Shown piece after piece: positions 46,685 through 54,690 of a DNA stretch of 64,000 nt. The DNA lies in IMG/VR virus record IMGVR_UViG_3300023084_000003. One strand, given 5' to 3'. The position numbers and the translations under genes were made by a program. Numbering within the stretch: position 1 is the first letter of the stretch; each line of letters begins with the position of its first letter. Origin of the DNA: a virus. The notes below the pieces were generated by a model. It did not search any database, had not been told where the DNA came from, and saw only the letters and a list, made by a program, of their open reading frames with translations.

Positions 46685-46777
46685 GTAGCATTCATAAATA
46701 TTGTAGGCAGAGGGTAAAGCTCTGCCTTTTTTATGTGAGCGACGGGGTAAATCCGTCAAACAAGAAGGAGAAGTTTA

Positions 46778-47743
46778 ATGGAACTACTCACATTATGGAG
46801 CCTTGTCGGCTTCCTGCTTGCTGCATATGCGGTTATAGCGAACGATTCAGTGCAAACTCTCGGCACGTGGATGGCATCTAACAATGAGAGATTTAACTAT
46901 AAAGTACTATGGGCAGCGGCTTCTGCTGTTCTTCTAGCAACACTCTGGTACGGTTGGAGTGTTAATGGTGGCGACATTAGTTATGGTCGTTTGAATAAGA
47001 TCCCGTGGCAAGAAGTACAATGGTACCACGCCGCAGCACCAGCTATTCTTGTTGCTTTAACACGAATTGGTGTACCAGTTTCAACATCATTCTTAGTTCT
47101 ATCAGTATTTGCTTCAACCTTTGTGTTGGAAAAAATGTTGATGAAATCTATTATGGGTTATGGCGTAGCAGCCTTATTTGCTTACGCAGTATGGTTTGCC
47201 ATTAATAAGTTTGCTCATAAATGGTTTGATGAAACTCAACCAGTAAGTGAAGGCAATAAACGTTTTTGGCGGATTGCTCAGTGGGTTGCTACTGGCGGAT
47301 TGTGGTGGACTTGGTTGTCACATGACATGGCAAACATTGCGGTATTCCTCCCGCGTCAAGTACCTGTAGATCTTATGATTTTGATCTCATTTGTATTTGT
47401 CGGTGGTTTGTTCTTTATGTTTAGAGAACGTGGTGGTAAGATCCAACAAATCGTTTTGGAAAAACATAACACAAGATATGTTCGTTCAGCTACGTTGATT
47501 GACTTATTCTATTGGTTGTGTTTATACTTCTTTAAAGAGCTAAACGATATTCCTATGAGTACAACTTGGGTATTCGTTGGTTTGCTAGCAGGTCGTGAAC
47601 TTGCGATGGCTACATACTTTGGTAAGAAGAAAACAAAATCTGTATTTCCTCTTGTAGCGAAAGACTTTGGAAAGATGATGGTAGGACTTGGAGCTTCAGT
47701 TGCTCTTGTACTAATGGTACATTACATTATCAATCCAGTGTGA
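46778..47743 (+). CDS. multi-TM protein, PiT (inorganic phosphate transporter)-like
   Basis: About 10 hydrophobic helices; IANDSVQ and SHDMANI resemble the two PiT GANDxAN signatures; PVSTS motif; upstream Pho box. Confidence 0.6.
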   Translation: MELLTLWSLVGFLLAAYAVIANDSVQTLGTWMASNNERFNYKVLWAAASAVLLATLWYGWSVNGGDISYGRLNKIPWQEVQWYHAAAPAILVALTRIGVPVSTSFLVLSVFASTFVLEKMLMKSIMGYGVAALFAYAVWFAINKFAHKWFDETQPVSEGNKRFWRIAQWVATGGLWWTWLSHDMANIAVFLPRQVPVDLMILISFVFVGGLFFMFRERGGKIQQIVLEKHNTRYVRSATLIDLFYWLCLYFFKELNDIPMSTTWVFVGLLAGRELAMATYFGKKKTKSVFPLVAKDFGKMMVGLGASVALVLMVHYIINPV

Positions 47744-47778
47744 CATTTTTGTCAAGTAAAAAAATTTTACAGAAGGGG

Positions 47779-47807
47779 TTGACATTTAACTCCTTTTGTG
47801 TTATATA
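47779..47807 (+). promoter_or_regulatory. sigma70-type promoter for the tmRNA gene
   Basis: GGGG-TTGACA-17nt-TATATA. Confidence 0.7.
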
Positions 47808-47813
47808 TAAGAA

Positions 47814-48212
47814 GTGGACGTTGAAACAAAATAAAAACGGATCGGACCGCGGGGCAGTACCGCGCACCTCCACCATAAACACATGAGGATATAATGAATT
47901 GGGATTGGCACTGGATTAGTTGGTTTAAAGGAACACCTTTTCAATGGGGTGATTTTAGATTCAATAGTGGCAAGCCATATAAAAGTTATAGACTTGGACC
48001 ATTACTTATTCGTGTGTTTATGTAAGCACATGTGTTTATGATGGGGGTGAACAAGGATCGACGGACGGAATAGTTGAGTGGAGTTCACCGTGTTGACCTA
48101 CGTTATTCGGTCAAACAAACTAAATGCAAACGATAACTTTGCACCATCTGGTTACGCACTAGCTGCATAACACAGGGGGCTGGCCACTTGCCTAGCAACA
48201 GAAAAGTGGCAC
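47814..48212 (+). ncRNA. ssrA: two-piece (circularly permuted) alphaproteobacterial-type tmRNA gene
   Basis: Acceptor piece ends GCGG-GGCAGTA-CCGC-G-CACCTCC-A-CCA (47875). Coding piece starts GGGGGTG (48043), giving a G3.U alanine acceptor stem. Tag frame 48126-48170 reads ANDNFAPSGYALAA*. 3' element GCCTAGCAACAGAA. Outer ends approximate. Confidence 0.92.
47894..48025 (+). CDS. 43-aa Trp-rich peptide nested in the tmRNA intervening segment
   Basis: GAGGA RBS at 47885-47889; MNWDWHWISWFKGTPFQWGDFRFNSGKPYKSYRLGPLLIRVFM*. Confidence 0.6.
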   Translation: MNWDWHWISWFKGTPFQWGDFRFNSGKPYKSYRLGPLLIRVFM

Positions 48213-48249
48213 ATAACACATTTAATAAAAGTAATAAGAAAGGGACAGG

Positions 48250-49029
48250 ATGTTTAATAAACTACTAATTACAACAGCATTGGTCTGCGCAGCAGGCTCA
48301 GCAATGGCCGCAGACGTTGGCGGTGAAATTACAACTGAGATTGCAGAAAACGCAGCAGGCAACTGGGGTGCAACAACATCCTTCGACCTAGGTATCGCAT
48401 CAATGGGTACAGCAGTACCTGCATTTGCTGCTATTGATTTGGACATGAACACAGACGGTGATATTACCCTTGATGAATGGCAAATTGGTACAGTAGTAAA
48501 TGGAGATGCAATGATCTCATTCGGAGATCAAGGTAATGTTTGGATCGATTCAGAAGACGGTTCAACATTGGCAGATCCAGCCATGAAAGAATCTATTGCA
48601 GTTAAAGCCCTTGGAGCAAAAATGGGTATTAGCTGGAAAGATATCGAAGCGGATGTAACAGAAATCGAAACAGTAGCCGGTATGTACGAAATGAATCTTG
48701 GTCTTGTTAATCTACAAGCCGCAGGTTCATACAACATGGTTACTGAAAACTTTGCGATTGGTTCTCGCAGTGATTATCTGTTGAACGACAATATTGGTCT
48801 TGGTGCTGCAATCACTTATGATTCAGGATCAGAAGATATTGGTTTTGAAGTAGATGCTGGCGCTTACGGTGCTACAGTATTCGTAAACGGCGATCAGGAT
48901 GAAATGCTTCAAAACGTAGGTGGTTCTTACACTTACGGCTTCATCGGGCTTGAGCTCGAAGCAGGAGCGTCATACAACCTAGACAGCGAAGAATTGACAC
49001 CTACTGCATCTGTTTCGTTCAGCTTCTAA
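48250..49029 (+). CDS. outer-membrane porin-like beta-barrel
   Basis: Signal peptide AMA-A; alternating amphipathic strands; C-terminal ASVSFSF (terminal Phe, BAM signal). Confidence 0.75.
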   Translation: MFNKLLITTALVCAAGSAMAADVGGEITTEIAENAAGNWGATTSFDLGIASMGTAVPAFAAIDLDMNTDGDITLDEWQIGTVVNGDAMISFGDQGNVWIDSEDGSTLADPAMKESIAVKALGAKMGISWKDIEADVTEIETVAGMYEMNLGLVNLQAAGSYNMVTENFAIGSRSDYLLNDNIGLGAAITYDSGSEDIGFEVDAGAYGATVFVNGDQDEMLQNVGGSYTYGFIGLELEAGASYNLDSEELTPTASVSFSF

Positions 49030-49060
49030 GCTGAGATAAACTTGCAGAAAAAACTTAGTA

Positions 49061-49083
49061 GAGGGGCCTTTCGGGGCCCCTTT
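49061..49083 (+). terminator. intrinsic terminator
   Basis: AGGGGCC-TTTCGG-GGCCCCT followed by TT. Confidence 0.7.
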
Positions 49084-49129
49084 GGTCATTATAAATAAAA
49101 ATGAAAACTTTCATCAGCGGAGGCTTATA

Positions 49130-49681
49130 ATGTCACTAAAATTGAAAGAGCTTACATGGGCTCACCACCAATCTGCTGAACGGCGTAAGTTCGCTAAACA
49201 TCTTATTAGCGGCAAAATTGAGCCTAAACTCTATCACAAATTTTTATGTTGCCAGTACTTAAACTATGAAGCACTGGAATCTAAAGTAATCATTCCCCCA
49301 AATTTACAACCAATTAAAAGGTCCAATCGCATTTGGACTGATATTCGTGAGCTTGAAAACGAATATGGATTAGAGCCAGATGGTAACTATCCGCCTTCTG
49401 TAGAGAAGTACACCAATCATATACATGCACTTGCGGAGTGGGATGCTAACGACAGACTGTTGGCTCATATGTACGTAAGACATTTTGGTGAACTACATGG
49501 CGGGCAGATCATCAAAAAGAAAGTGCCTGGCTCAGGCAAGATGTATGAGTTTGAAGGAGATACTAAGATCCTTATTGAGGAATTCCGCAAACTCTTGCAT
49601 GATGATATGGCAGATGAAGCTAAGATCTGTTTTGACTTTGCATCAGAGTTATTTGATGAGTTGTCTGAAGAAATTAGTTGA
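49130..49681 (+). CDS. hemO: heme oxygenase (HemO/Ho1-like)
   Basis: LKELTWAHHQSAE (proximal His), AHMYVRHFGELHGGQII; late promoter at 49090-49097; start placed at ATG 49130 (track ORF starts at 49082). Confidence 0.9.
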   Translation: MSLKLKELTWAHHQSAERRKFAKHLISGKIEPKLYHKFLCCQYLNYEALESKVIIPPNLQPIKRSNRIWTDIRELENEYGLEPDGNYPPSVEKYTNHIHALAEWDANDRLLAHMYVRHFGELHGGQIIKKKVPGSGKMYEFEGDTKILIEEFRKLLHDDMADEAKICFDFASELFDELSEEIS

Positions 49682-49705
49682 CATTTACCCATATCTTGAT
49701 ATAAT
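49678..49705 (+). promoter_or_regulatory. sigma70-type promoter
   Basis: TTGACA-16nt-TATAAT overlapping the hemO stop. Confidence 0.7.
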
Positions 49706-49740
49706 ATAATTGTTAATAGCCAAACGTAGGAGGTATCCTT

Positions 49741-49911
49741 ATGCATAAAGAAGTTGCATTCGAAGAAGTAGCCACTAAACCACTTACACGTCAATTTCGA
49801 ATGGGTAAGAGTGAATCTGCTAGAAAGCGACGAAGATCCTTGAAAGAGGTTCGTGAAACTAGGCTAATGAATACTTTTGCAAAAGCACGTAGAGCAAGAA
49901 AGCGTAAATAA
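49741..49911 (+). CDS. 56-aa highly basic (Arg/Lys-rich) protein
   Basis: AGGAGGT RBS; ...ARKRRRSLKEVRETRLMNTFAKARRARKRK*; TAATG coupling to the next ORF. Confidence 0.65.
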   Translation: MHKEVAFEEVATKPLTRQFRMGKSESARKRRRSLKEVRETRLMNTFAKARRARKRK

Positions 49912-50087
49912 TGGAAACTTTAACTGTTCACGAAGATCCCCAATCCGGGGATCTTTACTTACAATTCACAGACGATCTTCTAGAAAAATTAGGATGGGAA
50001 CCAGGTGACAGCCTTGCTTGGATTGATAACGAGGACGGAACTTGGACACTAACAAAGCATGACACATCCACTATGGAAGAGACTTAA
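49911..50087 (+). CDS. AbrB/MazE/SpoVT-like small DNA-binding protein
   Basis: GDLYLQFTDDLLEKLGWEPGDSLAW...GTWTLTK pattern; manual translation. Confidence 0.65.
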   Translation: METLTVHEDPQSGDLYLQFTDDLLEKLGWEPGDSLAWIDNEDGTWTLTKHDTSTMEET

Positions 50088-50745
50088 TCAGTACTCTGAT
50101 TTTATATTTAATCAATTTGATGAGCACTTCGAGCGCTGGGACAATCCTAGTTACACCGAAGATATGCACTTCAAAGGTTGGACCGATACCTTTTGGCATT
50201 CCGATGAAGTGTATAAAGCTCATCTAAAAACAATCATTCCTGAAGATGGCAAGGGCCTCTGGTTGATGCACGTTAACGTGTTCCCAGAGAGATACATTGA
50301 ACTGCCTATCTTAGGATTTGATATTGTAGCGGGGCCAAGAAAGATCACCGGATCTTTTATGGACTATAGTCCTTTACATGGAGTTCCGCACCCTTACTTA
50401 GATTTTATGGCTCGAACAGTAGAAGGATTGGAGTGGAACAAACAAAGAGAACTTCCACCTTGGGCGCAAGAAATATTTTCAGAAAACATGATCGCCGTTG
50501 GTAACATAAACACCGACGAAGAATTAGATCAGTTTATAGATGTAACTTCACAACTTCTAGAACACTATTTAGAAAACTTAGAAGCTAACGCGTTTGCGTC
50601 ACATCGAGATACTTTACCAGCACTAAACAAATACTGCAAGAACCAAAAAATGAATCCTCACTTGCACAGATCTATCGAAGCTATGGGCATATCAAAAGCC
50701 GATAAAAATCGATACGTCGACAATGTTTTATTTGAGGAAAGATAA
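50059..50745 (+). CDS. pcyX: ferredoxin-dependent bilin reductase, PcyX/PcyA family
   Basis: AHL...LWLMHVNVFP...LPILGFDIVAG...TGSFMDYSP...YCKNQKMNPH; near hemO. Confidence 0.8.
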   Translation: MTHPLWKRLNQYSDFIFNQFDEHFERWDNPSYTEDMHFKGWTDTFWHSDEVYKAHLKTIIPEDGKGLWLMHVNVFPERYIELPILGFDIVAGPRKITGSFMDYSPLHGVPHPYLDFMARTVEGLEWNKQRELPPWAQEIFSENMIAVGNINTDEELDQFIDVTSQLLEHYLENLEANAFASHRDTLPALNKYCKNQKMNPHLHRSIEAMGISKADKNRYVDNVLFEER

Positions 50746-51101
50746 TGGATTTATTCTTTGGACTGTTACTTAGTGCACACGTTGGTTTGGAAAATGAATA
50801 CAATTGGATCCATCCTCATGTAGGAGCTTACTTAAATGAAGATCGTACTATAAGTGTCGGTACATACTTCAATAGTGAAAAGAAAATGAGTACATATGCT
50901 GCTTACACGTATGATTTTGGACCGCGGTTCTTTATGGAAGTTGGAGCAGTTACTGGATATACGGGTGCAGATGTAAAGCCAATGGTGAAGTTAAACTATA
51001 ACAATTATTTCATTGCGCCCACCGTTGAAACGTTTCTACGAAACGGAGATATCGATAGACAAAACGCTGGGCTCATATTCGGATTAGAATGGAGACAATA
51101 A
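50745..51101 (+). CDS. small outer-membrane beta-barrel-like protein
   Basis: G-x-YFNS...STY...GAVTGY strand pattern; C-terminal FGLEW. Confidence 0.5.
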   Translation: MDLFFGLLLSAHVGLENEYNWIHPHVGAYLNEDRTISVGTYFNSEKKMSTYAAYTYDFGPRFFMEVGAVTGYTGADVKPMVKLNYNNYFIAPTVETFLRNGDIDRQNAGLIFGLEWRQ

Positions 51102-51746
51102 ATGGCTTTCTTAGTTCACCCTTTGCCACCTGTTAATGTTTATGTACGAAAAGAATACTTGTATGATTTAGAGAAGGGGCACGGTGAATATACTCCAGGA
51201 ATCTGGATTAGTGTTAAAAGCACAATGCACAAAGCTCTTTATTTCGAAACACTCTTAACTGATTATGGAGCGCTATATGACAAACTTCCTATATCGGCAT
51301 TTGTTTGGAAAATACCGCACGGCGAGATTCTTCCGCTTGATGTGCTACAGCTTTGGGATTGTTTTGATTACGACATTACCGTTGTCCAAAAACCCATCTT
51401 GTCTAGATGTGAATTTTTTGGAAAGGACAAACGTATGCATGCCGGTGAGTATGAGTTCACCATCGATAATTGTCACCGCGATTCTTCCATCATCGACACA
51501 AATTTCAGTGAACACGACCCCGAACACAAGTCTTTCAACGTTATACGACTTGACAACGGTCAATTCGCTGCTCAGCCTAACAATCGGGTTATCTGGCGTG
51601 ATAGCTCCTTAACTCCTGATAAACTATTACGTCCTGACTTTAAAGTATGCACTCAAAACTATGCGGTTGAAACAGAACCTAAATGGTCTGTTGGCCACAC
51701 TGATGAATGGCAATATAAAACTAAGGAAGAAAGCGAAATGGAATGA
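51102..51746 (+). CDS. conserved hypothetical protein
   Basis: 214-aa intact ORF; YVRKEYLYD, YDKLPISAF, AQPNNR. Confidence 0.75.
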   Translation: MAFLVHPLPPVNVYVRKEYLYDLEKGHGEYTPGIWISVKSTMHKALYFETLLTDYGALYDKLPISAFVWKIPHGEILPLDVLQLWDCFDYDITVVQKPILSRCEFFGKDKRMHAGEYEFTIDNCHRDSSIIDTNFSEHDPEHKSFNVIRLDNGQFAAQPNNRVIWRDSSLTPDKLLRPDFKVCTQNYAVETEPKWSVGHTDEWQYKTKEESEME

Positions 51747-52027
51747 TATTAACTATTACGGAAAATGCTAAAGCTTATCTAAAAAAGGTTGGCAAACCTA
51801 ACGTATCACTTACGGTAAAAGGTGGAGGCTGTTCTGGTTTTCAATATGAGTGGGGAACCACGGAAGAAAGTCCAACTATTGAAAATTTATGGTTAGATCC
51901 AATGGCTGAAATGTTTGTTTTTGGCTGCACAATAGATTATGTGGAAGAGCTTGGTGGTTCTTATTTAAAAGTAATTAACCCTAATGCCACTGCTTCATGT
52001 GGCTGCGGAGAAAGTTTTGCTGTCTAG
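51743..52027 (+). CDS. HesB/IscA/SufA Fe-S assembly protein
   Basis: GGGCSG, TIDY, NPNA...CGCGESF. Confidence 0.92.
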   Translation: MILTITENAKAYLKKVGKPNVSLTVKGGGCSGFQYEWGTTEESPTIENLWLDPMAEMFVFGCTIDYVEELGGSYLKVINPNATASCGCGESFAV

Positions 52028-52037
52028 GGAGATTTCA

Positions 52038-52200
52038 AATGGACATAAAACCTCACTATTACATAGAAGACCAAGAATGGAAACATTTTCAAGAAGTACA
52101 ACGACTGCAATATATCACAAAAATTAAAGAACATGAGGCGAACAGAACTAGCACAGACGATCGTAACAAATATTGGAAGGAGAACAAGTATGGAAAATAA
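52038..52200 (+). CDS. hypothetical protein
   Basis: Within track ORF 51997..52200; GGAG RBS suggests a start at MDIKPH near 52038 (approximate). Confidence 0.45.
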
Positions 52201-52393
52201 ACCGTTGACAATAAATGGTTGTTGTGATAATATTAATATAACAAGTGGAAGTACATACGTTATGTTCGGTAAGCATAAGTACATGGTTTACGTTTCCTTT
52301 TGTAAAAACTGTGGATCTCATAAGGCCACGTCTAATATTCAACATGTGAGGGAGAATAGAGATGAGCACGTTCGTCAATCAGTTTCTCGGTGA
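52133..52393 (+). CDS. small Cys-containing hypothetical protein
   Basis: CC...CKNC; GGAG RBS suggests an internal start at MENKPL near 52190. Confidence 0.5.
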   Translation: MRRTELAQTIVTNIGRRTSMENKPLTINGCCDNINITSGSTYVMFGKHKYMVYVSFCKNCGSHKATSNIQHVRENRDEHVRQSVSR

Positions 52394-52568
52394 GCGAGAA
52401 GGGAATCAGCTTCGAGCAGAGATTTATGAAGCAGATCAAGGTTACACAATTCGTTATCATATTAACGGTAATTTCGTTAAAGAAGAAACTATTAAGGGCC
52501 ATAGCATTCATTATATTGAAGATGCTGCAACCAACTGGTTGGATGGTATTAAGGTACTAAACGGCTAA
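52362..52568 (+). CDS. hypothetical protein
   Basis: 68 aa; coupled to gp33. Confidence 0.7.
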   Translation: MSTFVNQFLGEREGNQLRAEIYEADQGYTIRYHINGNFVKEETIKGHSIHYIEDAATNWLDGIKVLNG

Positions 52569-52801
52569 TGATTACACCAAGAACTCCTGAAAAAGTGCAT
52601 CATGATATATCAGAGATGCTAGCGCGCGGTGTTAACTATATTGACGCTTTAGTAGAATACGCGCGTCAAAATGAATTAGAAATTGAAACAGTCGCAGATA
52701 TTGTAAAGAAGTCTTCTATTCTAAAAGAGAAGGTTCGCAGTGAAGCGATTGGCTTGAGAATGGTTAAACAAGATGATCAAACACTCGACGAGTTTTGCTA
52801 A
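52568..52801 (+). CDS. 33: late-transcription coactivator gp33
   Basis: YIDALVEY...EIETVA-x-x-V...LKEKV-x-x-EA; synteny with 59 and 32. Confidence 0.88.
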   Translation: MITPRTPEKVHHDISEMLARGVNYIDALVEYARQNELEIETVADIVKKSSILKEKVRSEAIGLRMVKQDDQTLDEFC

Positions 52802-53372
52802 CGAAGAGTCGTTTAAGTATTATGTGATGTTCTTGGCAATGAAGAAACACTTCGGCAGCCAATACGACTATCACAAATATCATGGGAAAATCAAGGCTTC
52901 TTTTGACAAGTTTCGTACTAGTCAGTATGCATACTTCTTTGAGAAGCTTTCCCATAAAGAAGATCCTGAGAATCTCATACTTGCAAACATGATTGTAAAG
53001 CCTGACGTTTGGATACGTGAGATTCTGGATGATGAAGGTGAGGAACGTTATTTGCAATGGAAGATTAAGATGAATTCTATGAGTCGTCTTTTCAAAGCAG
53101 ATCTAGAAAAACTAGATGATAACTACCAAGCCAACTTTGCTGTACATAACGGTCAACATCCTTATGTAATGACTCTGTACAGCCAAAAGCAGATATCACT
53201 TGAAACTTTTACTATACTTACTCACATGGCTAATATTTTTGGCTATTGGGAGCAAAATATAGTTGACAAAATCATAGCAAGTGATATAATAAAACTATCA
53301 AAGAAGTACAAACCTTTTTTGAATCTCAACGAAAAAAAGTTGAAAGACCTTGTCAGAAATCGGTTTTTCTGA
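52773..53372 (+). CDS. 59: helicase loader gp59
   Basis: FLAMKKHF...YDYHKYHGK...YFFEKLS...ISLETF. Confidence 0.9.
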   Translation: MIKHSTSFANEESFKYYVMFLAMKKHFGSQYDYHKYHGKIKASFDKFRTSQYAYFFEKLSHKEDPENLILANMIVKPDVWIREILDDEGEERYLQWKIKMNSMSRLFKADLEKLDDNYQANFAVHNGQHPYVMTLYSQKQISLETFTILTHMANIFGYWEQNIVDKIIASDIIKLSKKYKPFLNLNEKKLKDLVRNRFF

Positions 53373-53447
53373 TATAAATATATGGTCGGTCCGCCGATAC
53401 ATATTTCGCAATACAAACATACAACGCAATATTAAGGAGATACGCAT

Positions 53448-54371
53448 ATGTCATTTGATGCACTCAAAAAAAATCGTTCAAGCTCACTTCAGAAATTGAA
53501 CGCCCAGCTCGAAAAAGTATCACAGAAGAGCTACTCAGATCCCAACGAAGGTAAATTTTGGAAACCAACCCGCGATCAAGCTGGTAATGGTTTTGCTATT
53601 ATTCGCTTCTTGCCTGCTCCAGCCGGCGAGGAAATGCCATTCGTTCGTATCTGGGATCACGGTTTCCAAGGTCCAACAGGCTTATGGTATATTGAGAACT
53701 CTCTAACTACCATTAATCAAGATGATCCAGTATCAGAATACAACTCAAAGTTGTGGAATTCTGGTCTTGATTCAGATAAAGAAATTGCTCGTAAGCAGAA
53801 GCGCCGTCTAAAGTACGTTGCAAATATCATGGTCATTAAAGACTCTGGTAATCCTGCTAACGAAGGTAAAGTCTTCATGTATCAATTTGGTAAGAAGATC
53901 TTCGACAAACTAAACGATCTAATGAATCCACAGTTTGAAGATGAGGATCCAGTAAACCCATTTGATCTATGGGAAGGTGCTAACTTCCGTCTGAAGATTC
54001 GTCAGTTTGAAGGCTATCCAAACTATGATAAGTCTGAGTTTGATGCTCCTTCAGCATTGTCTACAGATGATGCAGAACTGGAACGTATCTATAACCAAGA
54101 GCATTCTTTGCAAGAATTGATTGATCCTAAGAACTTCAAGTCTTATGCAGAGTTGAAAGCAAAACTTTATCGTGTACTTGCTCTCGATGAAGAGCCTTCC
54201 ACGCCAACTACTGCTGAAGATGATGATGAGTTTGATCTAAGCAGCATGGGTAATACCCAACAAGCTGCGCCCCAGCCAACTATGCCAGCTGCGGCACCAG
54301 AACCAGCGTCTAATCTATCTATGGATGATGACGACGATCTATCAATCTTTAAGGAACTAGCGAATGGCTAA
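53448..54371 (+). CDS. 32: single-stranded DNA-binding protein gp32
   Basis: FWKP-x-x-D-x-AGNG-x-A-x-IRFLP, WYIENS, GKKIFDK, acidic tail; late promoter at 53373-53380. Confidence 0.96.
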   Translation: MSFDALKKNRSSSLQKLNAQLEKVSQKSYSDPNEGKFWKPTRDQAGNGFAIIRFLPAPAGEEMPFVRIWDHGFQGPTGLWYIENSLTTINQDDPVSEYNSKLWNSGLDSDKEIARKQKRRLKYVANIMVIKDSGNPANEGKVFMYQFGKKIFDKLNDLMNPQFEDEDPVNPFDLWEGANFRLKIRQFEGYPNYDKSEFDAPSALSTDDAELERIYNQEHSLQELIDPKNFKSYAELKAKLYRVLALDEEPSTPTTAEDDDEFDLSSMGNTQQAAPQPTMPAAAPEPASNLSMDDDDDLSIFKELANG

Positions 54372-54690
54372 TAAAACCTACGAAGAGGTTTTAGATTTCG
54401 ACTTCGGCTTCAGCTTCATTGATGAAGAGCTTCAAGAAAAAGAAGCTGCGGCCGAAGAAACTATTCAGAACATCAGCTCTGAAAAGCAATCACTGGAGGA
54501 CCAACTCACAGATGCTAAAGTCAAAGCTGATGATCTGGAGTATCGACTCGAACTCCTCTATAAATCAATTACTCCGTTCTTAACAAACCTTTGTAAGAAT
54601 CCGGATAAATCAACAATCTATTGGCCTGATCGAGTTGGAAAGATCGAGGCCTATAAGGCTAAATTGCTTACAATCGTGGAAGGTACATAA
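54364..54690 (+). CDS. conserved T4-like hypothetical protein
   Basis: DFDFGFS...L-x-NL-x-KNP-x-K-x-x-IYWP-x-R. Confidence 0.75.
   Translation: MANKTYEEVLDFDFGFSFIDEELQEKEAAAEETIQNISSEKQSLEDQLTDAKVKADDLEYRLELLYKSITPFLTNLCKNPDKSTIYWPDRVGKIEAYKAKLLTIVEGT

Noticed and set aside
48250-50745. Cyanophage assignment based on heme oxygenase and bilin reductase
   Set aside because: The alpha-type permuted tmRNA, DUF1127, type II topoisomerase and absence of photosynthesis genes in this window point to an alphaproteobacterial host.
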